This document shows, one piece after another, positions 18,854-29,027 of a DNA stretch of 64,000 nucleotides; the stretch's first letter is position 1; each line of letters starts with the position of its first letter. A program made the translations under genes and the position numbers. The notes below the pieces were generated by a model. The model saw only the letters and a list, made by a program, of their open reading frames with translations, ran no database searches and had not been told where the DNA came from. Origin of the DNA: an uncultured Planctomycetota bacterium (GTDB lineage Bacteria; Planctomycetota; DG-23; CAZBND01); the NCBI GenBank assembly GCA_964493415.1, contig CAZBND010000002.1, positions 97,678-161,677 of the forward strand, written 5' to 3'.

Positions 18854-19611
18854 TGCCCCTTCAGAAGACCATCGGCATCTCGCTGCGCAAGCGCCACTAC
18901 AGCAACACCAGCCAGGTCGTCACCTTCTTGACGCCGCACCACGGGAAAGTATCCGTGCTCGCAAAGGGCTCAAAGCGCCCTCGCACCCCCTTTGGTGGGC
19001 CTTTCGACGTCGCTGTCCTCTACGACATCGTCTTTGCGGACAGGCGAAGCGGGCTTCAAATCTTGACCGAGGCAACGCTTCTGGATAGCTTCGGCCCTGC
19101 CCGGCGCACCTATCGATCCATGGCGAGGACGTCAGCCATACTCGAGCTGCTCCTCGCTTCGTCTCAGCCGGGCCAGTCCTCCCCGGAACTGTTCAACTTG
19201 GCCGTCGATGCTCTTAGAGCGATCACGGCCGACGGCTTCCAGGAAGCGCTGCTTCCCGGCTTCGAGGCGAAGTTGCTGGATGTCCTCGGCGTCTTCCCCG
19301 AACTGCAACGCTGCGCTCTTTGCGGCGCGCACCCGGTGGGGCGGCAGTTTTCTCTCTCCCTCTCAAATGGCGGACTCGCCTGTCCTTCCTGCCGCGCTTC
19401 GGCGGGACTGGTTGTTCCCGTTTCTCCCGATGTCCTCTCGCTCCTTGCAAGACTCCAAACCCTTCCTCTGAACAAGACGGGCAGACTACGCATTCCTCAT
19501 AATCGCATCCGTGAACTAGGCCGCTTGCTCTCTCAAATGGTATCATATGCCCTTGAAATGGAGATTCGTTCCTTCACCCTATCACAGCCGGGAGTTGTAT
19601 CAGCCAAATGA
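18850..19611 (+). CDS. recO: DNA repair protein RecO
   Basis: OB-fold N-terminus (HGKVSVLAKGSKR), CALC...CPSC zinc finger. Confidence 0.92.
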   Translation: MMPLQKTIGISLRKRHYSNTSQVVTFLTPHHGKVSVLAKGSKRPRTPFGGPFDVAVLYDIVFADRRSGLQILTEATLLDSFGPARRTYRSMARTSAILELLLASSQPGQSSPELFNLAVDALRAITADGFQEALLPGFEAKLLDVLGVFPELQRCALCGAHPVGRQFSLSLSNGGLACPSCRASAGLVVPVSPDVLSLLARLQTLPLNKTGRLRIPHNRIRELGRLLSQMVSYALEMEIRSFTLSQPGVVSAK

Positions 19612-20660
19612 AGAGAATCATGCCGGCAGCATATCTGCTGATTGCCGTAGCCGCCTTTATCCACTCCGCTCAGGCCAAGTGGGTCTGGACGCCTCAGACA
19701 GGGTGGTTCCGCGCCGAAACCGTCCCGCGCGCAACCCCCGAAGATAGCTTAAAGACGGCCAAAGACCTGTACGATTCAGGACAGTTCAAAAAGGCTCACG
19801 TTGAGCTCACCAGATTCCTCAGGTTCTTCCCCGGACACGAGTTGCAGGAAGAAGTCCTCCCCCTCGCAGCCAACGCGGCGTTCAAAGCCGGCGACGTGTG
19901 GAAGGCACATCAACACGTTCTTGCCTACTGGAATAACTATCCCAGGGGTACGCACACATCGCAACTCGTCGAACTGGACTACATGGTTGCCGTGAAGCTC
20001 ATAGAGGGGAACTGGGGCAGACTGTACGGCATACCTCTCCTTCCGGGCGGCGTTACCGGACGCGGAGTCCTCGAGCAGCTTCTCGAACGCTCTCCTTACC
20101 ATCCCCTGGCTGACGACGCGCAGCTCGAACTCGGGAATTTCTACCTGGAACGCCGCAACTACCCCGAAGCGCGCTTGGCTTATGAATCCCTTCTACTCCG
20201 ATATCCCCAACGCGAGACTTGCGAGGAAGCCCGCTTCAACCTCGCCGTGGCAACCGTTCTCGATAGCCAGGGCATCGACTACGATGTGGCCCTCCTTCAG
20301 GACGCGGCCGGAGAATTTCAATACTTCGCCGCTCTCTTCCCCGAGTCCGACTTGGCCCCGGAAGCGTCCTTGTTGTTCAGGCGAATTGTGATAGCTTTGG
20401 GTCGAAAAGACCTCCGAGTTGCCTTATACTATATCAGGACCGGTCACCGTGACGCTGCCGCCTATTATCTACGCTCCGTCGAATCGCGCTACCGTGGGAC
20501 CTCAGTCGGAGACGCCGCCTTTGCCCTCCTCGGCGCAATCGGCTCCGGCCAGTCGAATCGCCGCGTCGCGTCCCTGGCGAAACGGCTGTCACGCGAGGTC
20601 TACGATGACCGAGAAACGTCTGAAAACTTTGAGAACCAGTTGCAGAGACTAGGACTATGA
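19608..20660 (+). CDS. bamD: outer membrane assembly factor BamD-like TPR protein
   Basis: Signal peptide, WVWTPQTGW, TPR repeats, YESLLLRYP, DLRVALYYIR. Confidence 0.75.
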   Translation: MKRIMPAAYLLIAVAAFIHSAQAKWVWTPQTGWFRAETVPRATPEDSLKTAKDLYDSGQFKKAHVELTRFLRFFPGHELQEEVLPLAANAAFKAGDVWKAHQHVLAYWNNYPRGTHTSQLVELDYMVAVKLIEGNWGRLYGIPLLPGGVTGRGVLEQLLERSPYHPLADDAQLELGNFYLERRNYPEARLAYESLLLRYPQRETCEEARFNLAVATVLDSQGIDYDVALLQDAAGEFQYFAALFPESDLAPEASLLFRRIVIALGRKDLRVALYYIRTGHRDAAAYYLRSVESRYRGTSVGDAAFALLGAIGSGQSNRRVASLAKRLSREVYDDRETSENFENQLQRLGL

Positions 20661-21190
20661 GACGACTCCTGCCCCTTCTTGCATGTTTCGCGCTGCTCTT
20701 CATCGTGCTCTCGCTTCTTCCTTGCGGCTGTGGATACAAGGCACATAGCCTGTCCTCCGCCGGGGAGATCGGCACGGTTTTCGTCCCGATCTTCGAGAAC
20801 TACAGCTTTCGACGGGGATATGAATTCCAACTGACGCAGGCCGTCATCGAGCAGATACAGCGCGAGGGGACCCTGCGCGTCGCCCCACGTGACGAAGCAG
20901 AATCCGAACTCCAAGTCAGCATAATGGAGTACAGCGAGCCCGTGTTGCTGGAGGATGCAGACGATCAGGTCCTCGAAGCCGAGGCGATGGCCGCCGTCTC
21001 ACTTATCTGGCGCGACCTCCGAACCGGCGCGCTCCTCCTCAAAGAGGACTCCCTCCGTGTCGCCGCTCCCTTCGTTGTGCCCCTCGGCGGAGATGAGCCC
21101 TCCGCCAGGCGCGAGGTTTTTAAGCGCATTGCCGAGATGATCGTGGATTCCATGCTCGTCCGTGCTCAATTCCTAGAGGAGCTCCAGTAG
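20657..21190 (+). CDS. lptE: LPS assembly lipoprotein LptE
   Basis: Lipobox CGCGY, VFVPIFENYSFRRGYEFQLTQAVIEQI. Confidence 0.8.
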   Translation: MRRLLPLLACFALLFIVLSLLPCGCGYKAHSLSSAGEIGTVFVPIFENYSFRRGYEFQLTQAVIEQIQREGTLRVAPRDEAESELQVSIMEYSEPVLLEDADDQVLEAEAMAAVSLIWRDLRTGALLLKEDSLRVAAPFVVPLGGDEPSARREVFKRIAEMIVDSMLVRAQFLEELQ

Positions 21191-21191
21191 C

Positions 21192-23228
21192 GTGGACCAA
21201 CTCAAAAATCCCAAGCAGGACGATAACGCCCCCCGCAGGCCCGAGCGCCCGCAGCGCGGCAACCAGCGGCAGTTCCGGTTCCCACGCGGTGTCATCTGGC
21301 TGCTCGTCATTCTCGGCATGTTCATGTTGCTCGGCCTCACCCACAACATGCGCGAGCGGCCGAGGGAAATATCACTCAACGAGTTCCGTACGCTTCTGGA
21401 TACCCAGCAGTTCCAAAAAGGCAAACTCGTCGGCACCAAGTTCGTGGGCGAGCTGAAACCCGGCTCCCCGGCATCAGAGGCCGGCGGAGCTCGTAGCGCA
21501 AGAGTCGAGGCCCAACTTCCCCCCGAAGGTTACTTGAATGAGGACCTCTTTCTTGCGATGGAGAATATCCCGGATTTCACATACGAAGAGCCCAGCATGC
21601 TGTGGCAGACCTTGCTTGTCAGCATCGTCCCGTGGATCCTCATCGCCGCGCTTTTCTGGTTCTTCCTCTTCCGAGGCCTCAGGGCTCCCGGCGGCGCGGG
21701 CAGCGTCCTTTCCTTCGGCAAGAGCCGCGCCAAGTTCGCCGCAAAGGACAGGCCTCGCGTTACGTTTGAGGACGTCGCCGGTATTGAGGAAGCCAAGGAA
21801 GAAGTCCGCGAGATCATCGACTACCTCAAAAATCCAAGCCGCTTCATGCGCCTCGGCGCAAGAATCCCTCGCGGCGTACTCCTCGTCGGACAGCCCGGCA
21901 CCGGCAAGACCCTCCTCGCCAAGGCCATCGCCGGAGAGGCGGGCGTTCCCTTCCTTACCATTTCCGGCTCGGATTTCGTCGAGATGTTTGTCGGCGTGGG
22001 CGCATCTCGCGTACGTGACCTTTTCAGAGAAGCGAAGGAGAACTCCCCCTGCATCATCTTCCTGGATGAAATTGACGCCGTCGGCCGACAAAGAGGCACC
22101 GGCCTCGGCGGAGGGCACGACGAGCGCGAGCAGACACTCAACGCCATCCTCGTCGAGATGGACGGATTCGAGCGCGACGAGGGGATCATCGTCGTCGCCG
22201 CCACCAACCGGCCTGACGTTCTCGATCCCGCTCTCCTCCGGCCTGGTCGCTTCGACCGTCAGATCGTAATCGACCTTCCTGACATCAAGGGGCGCGAGTC
22301 CATACTCAAGGTGCACGCGAAGAAGACCAGGCTCGCCGATGACGTCGACCTCGCCGTCCTTGCTCGCTCGACCCCCGGCCTTTCCGGCGCGGACCTCGAA
22401 GCCGTCATCAACGAGGCGGCAATAATGGCATCCATGCGCGAAAGAGAATACGTGACCATGAGCGACCTCGAGGAAGCCCGCGACAAAGTCCGCTGGGGCA
22501 AGCGCAAGCGCAGCAAGGTGATGAGTGAAGAAGAGCGCAGCATAACGGCTTTCCACGAAGCCGGCCACGCCTTCGCCACGAAATCCATCCCCGAAGTCGA
22601 CCCTTTCTACAAAGCCACCATAATCCCCCAGGGGATGGCTCTCGGGGCGACTATGCAGCTCCCCGAACAGGACCGCTACCACATCAAGAGAAAGCTCGCT
22701 CTGGGCCAGATCACCGTCCTCTGCGCGGGCCGCGTTGCCGAAGCTCTCTTCTGCGACGACATCTCCGCCGGCGCGCAAAGTGACATTAAGCAAGCTACCG
22801 AAATGGCCAGGAGGATGGTTTGCGAATGGGGGATGAGCGAGAAGCTCGGACTCGTCAATTACACTGAGGGCGAAGAGCACCTTTTCCTCGGCAGAGAGCT
22901 TACGCGCGCCAAGCCTCACAGCGAAGCCATGGCTCAGGAAATCGACCACGAAATACGCGGCATCATAGACTCCTGCTACGAAAGGGCGGAAGGCCTCATA
23001 GGAGAGAACCGCGACAAGGTCGAGAAGATCGCCCTCGCCCTGCTGAAGTACGAGTCTCTCGATTCCAACGACCTTGACACGATAATGGCCGGGGATGAGC
23101 TGGTGAAGGCAAAGCCGGTTGAAGCCGTAGCCCAGGATGAGAACCGAAAAGTCCGTCCCGAAGGTGCCGAGAGCCCGTCCGAGCCGGGAGAAGAAAAAAG
23201 GGATGCTGCCCGCAGAATTCAAGCATAA
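21192..23228 (+). CDS. ftsH: ATP-dependent zinc metalloprotease FtsH
   Basis: Two [32 protein letters not shown]. Confidence 0.98.
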   Translation: MDQLKNPKQDDNAPRRPERPQRGNQRQFRFPRGVIWLLVILGMFMLLGLTHNMRERPREISLNEFRTLLDTQQFQKGKLVGTKFVGELKPGSPASEAGGARSARVEAQLPPEGYLNEDLFLAMENIPDFTYEEPSMLWQTLLVSIVPWILIAALFWFFLFRGLRAPGGAGSVLSFGKSRAKFAAKDRPRVTFEDVAGIEEAKEEVREIIDYLKNPSRFMRLGARIPRGVLLVGQPGTGKTLLAKAIAGEAGVPFLTISGSDFVEMFVGVGASRVRDLFREAKENSPCIIFLDEIDAVGRQRGTGLGGGHDEREQTLNAILVEMDGFERDEGIIVVAATNRPDVLDPALLRPGRFDRQIVIDLPDIKGRESILKVHAKKTRLADDVDLAVLARSTPGLSGADLEAVINEAAIMASMREREYVTMSDLEEARDKVRWGKRKRSKVMSEEERSITAFHEAGHAFATKSIPEVDPFYKATIIPQGMALGATMQLPEQDRYHIKRKLALGQITVLCAGRVAEALFCDDISAGAQSDIKQATEMARRMVCEWGMSEKLGLVNYTEGEEHLFLGRELTRAKPHSEAMAQEIDHEIRGIIDSCYERAEGLIGENRDKVEKIALALLKYESLDSNDLDTIMAGDELVKAKPVEAVAQDENRKVRPEGAESPSEPGEEKRDAARRIQA

Positions 23229-24390
23229 TCCTATGATCGTGGCGTCTTCTCGTGACGGTGCACCTAATCTAGGTCCAGGATTACTCGGCTTGGAGCTCGA
23301 GAACCTCGATTCTGACGCCTGCACAGCCGTTCACGACTTGGCAGCCCGATCATGCGTTCAAGCGGATACCGTCGGCGGTGCGCTCTTTAGGCTTTCGGGC
23401 ACCGAGACCGGCCTGCGCGCCCTCGCCGCCGGACTGGCGCAAATCCCCTCAGCCTCCCACGTTTCCGCTGAGATTCTCGGCGTTATCGAAGCGTTCTCCG
23501 CATCGGCGTTTTCCCTGGACTTCCCCGGCGGCAGGCTCGACTTGGGGAGGACGCCCCTTATTATGGGCGTGCTCAACGTCACCCCCGACTCCTTCTCGGA
23601 TGGCGGAGCGTTCTTCCGCAAGGAGGAGGCCGTTGACCGCGCACTTGAGATGATCGAGCAGGGTGCTGACATCGTCGATGTGGGAGGCGAGTCCACGCGG
23701 CCCGATGCCGAGCCGGTTTCCGTAGAGGAAGAGCTCACCCGCGTGGTTCCAGTAATCGCTCAGATTGCCGAACGGTCCCACGTGCCGGTCTCCATCGATA
23801 CCTACAAGTCGAAGGTCGCAGATGAGGCCTTGAACGTCGGGGCGAAGATCGTTAACGACATTTCCGCCCTTCGCTTCGATGCTGAAATGGCGTCCGTCGT
23901 CGCCGAGCACGCAGTGCCCGTGATCCTGATGCATATCCTCGGCACACCGCGGGACATGCAGCACAACCCCGCGTACCTAGATGTTGTCGCGGAGATCGTG
24001 GCTTACTTACGATCTGCGCTCGCGCACGCAGTCGCTGAAGGAATCTCATGGGACCGCACCGTGATCGACCCCGGCATCGGTTTTGGAAAGACCGTAAGTC
24101 ATAACCTGCAGATAATTGGCCGGCTTTCCGAATTCAAAAGCCTTGGCCGGCCTATATTGATCGGGACATCCAGGAAGTCTTTCATCGGCAAGGTCCTCGG
24201 CCTGGAAGTGGGTGAAAGGGTCTTCGGCACCGCGGCTACGGTAGCGGCGTCTGTCCTGGCCGGTGCTCATATAGTGCGTGTGCATGACGTCGCGGAAATG
24301 AAGCAGGTCGCGCGGATGGCCGGTGTCCTCCGCGCCCCAGAGCAGATGCGACAAGCCACGCCGGATGGCGTTGGAGCGGCGGAATCGTGA
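23203..24390 (+). CDS. folP: dihydropteroate synthase with N-terminal extension of about 110 aa
   Basis: IMGVLNVTPDSFSDGG, DVGGESTRP, IDPGIGFGK, GTSRKSF, RVHDV; start taken at ATG 23203. Confidence 0.95.
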   Translation: MLPAEFKHNPMIVASSRDGAPNLGPGLLGLELENLDSDACTAVHDLAARSCVQADTVGGALFRLSGTETGLRALAAGLAQIPSASHVSAEILGVIEAFSASAFSLDFPGGRLDLGRTPLIMGVLNVTPDSFSDGGAFFRKEEAVDRALEMIEQGADIVDVGGESTRPDAEPVSVEEELTRVVPVIAQIAERSHVPVSIDTYKSKVADEALNVGAKIVNDISALRFDAEMASVVAEHAVPVILMHILGTPRDMQHNPAYLDVVAEIVAYLRSALAHAVAEGISWDRTVIDPGIGFGKTVSHNLQIIGRLSEFKSLGRPILIGTSRKSFIGKVLGLEVGERVFGTAATVAASVLAGAHIVRVHDVAEMKQVARMAGVLRAPEQMRQATPDGVGAAES

Positions 24391-25178
24391 AACCCATGTA
24401 CATAATGTACGCTGTCGAGATTCTCATCATCGCTCTGATCTTCTATCCGATCCTCCGCTTCGTCCGTGGCACCAGGGGGGCTGGTGTCCTAAAGGGGCTC
24501 TTCTTCGCTGCTCTGTCCGGCGGATTCATAGTCCTCATCGCGGGGGAGGTCTTCCGGCTCGAGCGTCTGTCCGCTCTCGTCAGGACCTTCCTTCAGTTCG
24601 GAGTGATCGGCTTCCTTATAATCTTTCAGCCCGAAATTCGTCGGGGGCTCATACAGCTCGGCGAAAATCGCTTCTGGCGTATCTTCGAGCGCAGCAAAAC
24701 CTCCACCGCCAACGAGGTTATCGATGCCGCCGTCAGGCTCTCTGCCAGCAGAGTCGGCGCCATCATCGCCATCGAAAGGGGAGTAGGCTTGCGTGCGGTC
24801 GTCGAGACGGGCGTTCCGCTCGACGCTGAGGTCTCCTCGGCCCTGATAATGACCACTTTCTGGCCCGGGTCTCCACTTCACGATAAGGGAATGGTCATTC
24901 AGCATAATCGAATCGTAGCCGCCAGTTGCATTTTCCCCCTGACGGAAGACCCGAATCTCAGTGCCGAACTGGGCACCAGGCACCGAGCCGCCATCGGGCT
25001 CTCCGAAGAGAGCGACGCCCTCGTGGTCGTCGTGTCGGAGGAAACCGGCACGATCTCACTCGCTCTCAACGGGAAACTCCACCGCGACTTGGATAGAGAG
25101 AAGTTGCAGAAGGTCTTCGCCGCTATTGATCGTGGAGATGATGAGTTGGAGCTCGGCGTGGGAGGTGCCCATGCGTAG
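24387..25178 (+). CDS. cdaA: diadenylate cyclase CdaA/DacA
   Basis: Three TM, FQPEIRRGL, PLHDKG (DGA variant), LGTRHRAA, VSEETG. Confidence 0.93.
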   Translation: MKPMYIMYAVEILIIALIFYPILRFVRGTRGAGVLKGLFFAALSGGFIVLIAGEVFRLERLSALVRTFLQFGVIGFLIIFQPEIRRGLIQLGENRFWRIFERSKTSTANEVIDAAVRLSASRVGAIIAIERGVGLRAVVETGVPLDAEVSSALIMTTFWPGSPLHDKGMVIQHNRIVAASCIFPLTEDPNLSAELGTRHRAAIGLSEESDALVVVVSEETGTISLALNGKLHRDLDREKLQKVFAAIDRGDDELELGVGGAHA

Positions 25179-26190
25179 ATTAGTCAACATCATATTTGCG
25201 AACATGGGCACCAAACTCATGGCCCTGGTATTGGCTGTCCTTACCTGGGTCCTCATATACAACATGACGGTCACGACCACACAGGTGGAGTTCGCGGTCG
25301 AGATCGTTACCCCGCCGGGCGTTGAAGTTCTTGGATACGGCGGAATTCCGACCAAGCCCGGTATCGGATACTACGTCAGGGCCACGCTCTCCAGCTCGCA
25401 GAGTGCCCTCGAGCAACTGACTCATGGGAAGATCGCTCGACACGTCATCGAGCAGGACGTAAACGGCAAGCTTCCCATAACAGTCGTCTCCCGAGACCTC
25501 GACTTCGACCTCGATCCCAACCTCACCCTCGTGGAGGTGTCTCCACAGAGCTTCACGGTCGTGGTCGACAAGGCGGAACCCAAACAGCTCTATGTAAAAG
25601 TCAAGACGGTCGGAGATTTGGCTCCGGGATATCGTCTGGCTTCCGAGCCGCGCGCGATCCCCAGCAGCGTTACAGTAATCGGTCCTGCCTCCGTGCTTGC
25701 AGAGCGTGACGAGATATTCACCCAGCCCATAAACCTCGCAGGAAGGTCCGAAAGCTTTGTCGCGGAGAACATGTCTCTAGACGACGAGATGCCTCTCGAC
25801 AGCGCCGAAGGTGTTGGGGAAGCTCGCCGCGTCAAGGTGGCCGCCGCGGAGACTGTCAGCGTTCAGATCGTTATCGAACCCGAGACGATGCCGGTTCAGA
25901 AGACGGTCACCTTCGAATTGCTTCAGACTCCCGCTTTCGCCAACAAGTACCGCGTTGAGCTCCTGCCCCCGTATGACAGCTTCGAGTTCCAGGTGCGCGA
26001 GTCTCTGATCCCCGGCGCCGATAGCTTGGCGTTCAGGGGCGTGGTTGACCTCACCGACCCCACGAAATTCCCCGGCCCTGGTGAGCACATCGCCAATGTG
26101 CAGTTCCAACTCCCCGAAGGCGTGACCTACCCAGGACCGGAAGTAGAGATAACCGTGACGCTTGAGGCGAGAGGGGCTTCTCCGGAGTAA
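25171..26190 (+). CDS. cdaR: YbbR-domain CdaA regulator CdaR
   Basis: KLMALVLAVLTWV anchor, YbbR-like repeat (PSSVTVIGPASVL), immediately after cdaA; ATG 25171. Confidence 0.8.
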   Translation: MRRLVNIIFANMGTKLMALVLAVLTWVLIYNMTVTTTQVEFAVEIVTPPGVEVLGYGGIPTKPGIGYYVRATLSSSQSALEQLTHGKIARHVIEQDVNGKLPITVVSRDLDFDLDPNLTLVEVSPQSFTVVVDKAEPKQLYVKVKTVGDLAPGYRLASEPRAIPSSVTVIGPASVLAERDEIFTQPINLAGRSESFVAENMSLDDEMPLDSAEGVGEARRVKVAAAETVSVQIVIEPETMPVQKTVTFELLQTPAFANKYRVELLPPYDSFEFQVRESLIPGADSLAFRGVVDLTDPTKFPGPGEHIANVQFQLPEGVTYPGPEVEITVTLEARGASPE

Positions 26191-26195
26191 CGTCC

Positions 26196-26921
26196 ATGTC
26201 GCGCTTCGTTCGGCTCGGTGTCAACATAGACCATGTCGCCACCCTAAGGCAGGCGCGCAAAGCCACCGTCCCCGACCCCGTTCACGCCGCCCTTCTTGCC
26301 GAGTTGGGGGGGGCTGACGGGATAACCGTACATATCCGCCAGGATCGACGCCACATCCAAGACCGCGATGTCACGCTCCTGCGGGAAACAGTCCGCACTC
26401 GCCTCAACGTCGAGATGGCGATGCGCCCGGAAATTCTCGAATTCGTCGTCGGCGTCAGACCCCACCAGGTCACCCTCGTACCCGAGCGGCCCGATGAGAT
26501 CACGACCGAGGGGGGCTTGGACGTGGCATCGGACAATGACTCTGTTAAGGATTGCGTGTCCGCCCTAAAAAAGGCTGGAATCCACGTGAGTATCTTCGTC
26601 GACCCTGTCGAAGCGCAGATATCGGCGGCGCGTCAGGCGGGCTGCGATGCCATGGAGATATGCACCGCCCGCTATGCCGACCACCCCGGCCCGGATACCC
26701 TTGAGGATGTCGCAAAGGCTGCCGCTCAGGCGGAGACCATGGGAATTGCCGTCCATGCGGGGCATGGTTTGAACTACCAAACCGTGGTCCCGCTCACTCA
26801 ACTTCCACAGATTGTCGAATTCAACATCGGTCACGCGATCGTGGCCCGTGCGATGCTGGTTGGTCTCGAGAAGGCCGTTCGAGACATGAAGAACGTCATC
26901 GACAACGCCGGCAAGGGGTAG
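26196..26921 (+). CDS. pdxJ: pyridoxine 5'-phosphate synthase
   Basis: [49 protein letters not shown]. Confidence 0.97.
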   Translation: MSRFVRLGVNIDHVATLRQARKATVPDPVHAALLAELGGADGITVHIRQDRRHIQDRDVTLLRETVRTRLNVEMAMRPEILEFVVGVRPHQVTLVPERPDEITTEGGLDVASDNDSVKDCVSALKKAGIHVSIFVDPVEAQISAARQAGCDAMEICTARYADHPGPDTLEDVAKAAAQAETMGIAVHAGHGLNYQTVVPLTQLPQIVEFNIGHAIVARAMLVGLEKAVRDMKNVIDNAGKG

Positions 26922-26925
26922 CCAA

Positions 26926-27498
26926 TTGGATCAGCAGAAGATCATCCGCGCCATCAGGCTTTTTCTCGAAGGCATCGGCGAGGATCCGAACCGCCCGGGG
27001 CTTAGGGACACTCCGCGCCGCGTCGCAAGGATGTGCGCCGAAATCTACGCCGGCATGTCGAAGAACGCTTCCGAGGAAATACGAGTCCTCGAGTCGCAGG
27101 GGCACGATGAAATCATCTTCGTCAGGGACATCCCCTTGTACTCCGTTTGTGAGCACCACCTTCTCCCCTTCATTGGAGTTGCCCATGTTGCATACATCCC
27201 GCACCGGGGACGGATTACGGGGCTCAGCAAGCTCGCTCGCGTCGTCGATTGCCACGCCAGGAAACCGCAGGTCCAGGAGCGCCTCACCACCGAGATCGCC
27301 GAGACCATCATGGAAGCCCTCGAACCCCGGGGCGTGCTCGTCATCATCGAGGCCGAACACCTCTGCATGACGATGCGTGGCGTAAGGAAGGCTGGCTCCC
27401 GCGCCACCACCTCCGTTGTCCGCGGGATTTTCCGCGAAAATCCCGCGACTCGCGCTGAAGCCATGTCCTTGCTTATGCGCAGGGGTCCAGGGAGCTGA
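26926..27498 (+). CDS. folE: GTP cyclohydrolase I
   Basis: [39 protein letters not shown]. Confidence 0.97.
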   Translation: MDQQKIIRAIRLFLEGIGEDPNRPGLRDTPRRVARMCAEIYAGMSKNASEEIRVLESQGHDEIIFVRDIPLYSVCEHHLLPFIGVAHVAYIPHRGRITGLSKLARVVDCHARKPQVQERLTTEIAETIMEALEPRGVLVIIEAEHLCMTMRGVRKAGSRATTSVVRGIFRENPATRAEAMSLLMRRGPGS

Positions 27499-27590
27499 CT
27501 ATCACTTCCTTTCGAAGTCCCCGAAGCTCCTCGGCAGCGCCTGATGTTGGCTGTCCTTGCTTACGCTACGTCGACTGCGCCCCGGCATGG

Positions 27591-27610
27591 TTTACAACAG
27601 GTTATCCACA
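27591..27610 (+). promoter_or_regulatory. tandem DnaA boxes (left pair)
   Basis: Perfect TTATCCACA at 27602-27610; 2-mismatch TTTACAACA at 27591-27599, 11 bp upstream. Confidence 0.6.
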
Positions 27611-27623
27611 AGCTTTGAACGCC

Positions 27624-27810
27624 TCCAAACCGGCGTCCCCCGCTCAATATGTCCGCTCTACCAAGAGCCGTGCAGAGCGCCCGACTGCAGTGCGCAAGGC
27701 CTTGGCTGGAGGCGACTTCCGACGCAGAACAAAAGTGGCTCTTTGGTTCCGCCTCGAACGCAATGCGTTCTCGTGCCTGTTCATTCATGTCCGGCAGGAC
27801 CCCGTTTTGA
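27624..27810 (+). ncRNA. ssrS: 6S RNA candidate
   Basis: About 187 nt rod. Closing stem AAACCGGCGTCC (27627-38) with GGACCCCGTTT; ATATG/CATGT; inner stem CCAAGAGCC (27661-69) with GGCTCTTTGG (27737-46); 3' central-bubble hairpin CCTC-GAACGC-AAT-GCGTTC resembling E. coli 6S CCTTGAACC..GGTTC. No credible ORF here. Confidence 0.65.
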
Positions 27811-27824
27811 ACAACTTATCCACA
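27805..27824 (+). promoter_or_regulatory. tandem DnaA boxes (right pair)
   Basis: Perfect TTATCCACA at 27816-27824; 1-mismatch TTTTGAACA at 27805-27813, 11 bp upstream. Confidence 0.6.
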
Positions 27825-27858
27825 AAGGTCCTGGTACGCGGAGACAGCCTCACCCGTA

Positions 27859-27890
27859 TTGACACCACCCCCGCCCAGCAATTATCCTCA
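27859..27890 (+). promoter_or_regulatory. promoter of the ispG operon with overlapping DnaA-like box
   Basis: TTGACA (27859-64), 18 nt spacer, TATCCT (27883-88); TTATCCTCA (27882-90) is a 1-mismatch DnaA box over the -10. Confidence 0.55.
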
Positions 27891-27925
27891 ATGAGACCAA
27901 TCGTGGGGGATGGAAGGAGCTTGAT

Positions 27926-29026
<1,101 letters not shown>

Positions 29027-29027
29027 C

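Noticed and set aside
21474-23324. 616 aa minus-strand ORF
   Set aside because: Antisense shadow of ftsH caused by codon bias at high GC; no motif
27499-27925. Firm call of oriC
   Set aside because: No AT-rich unwinding element or DnaA-trios, no dnaA/dnaN/gidA/parAB nearby, no evident skew flip; reported only as a hypothesis
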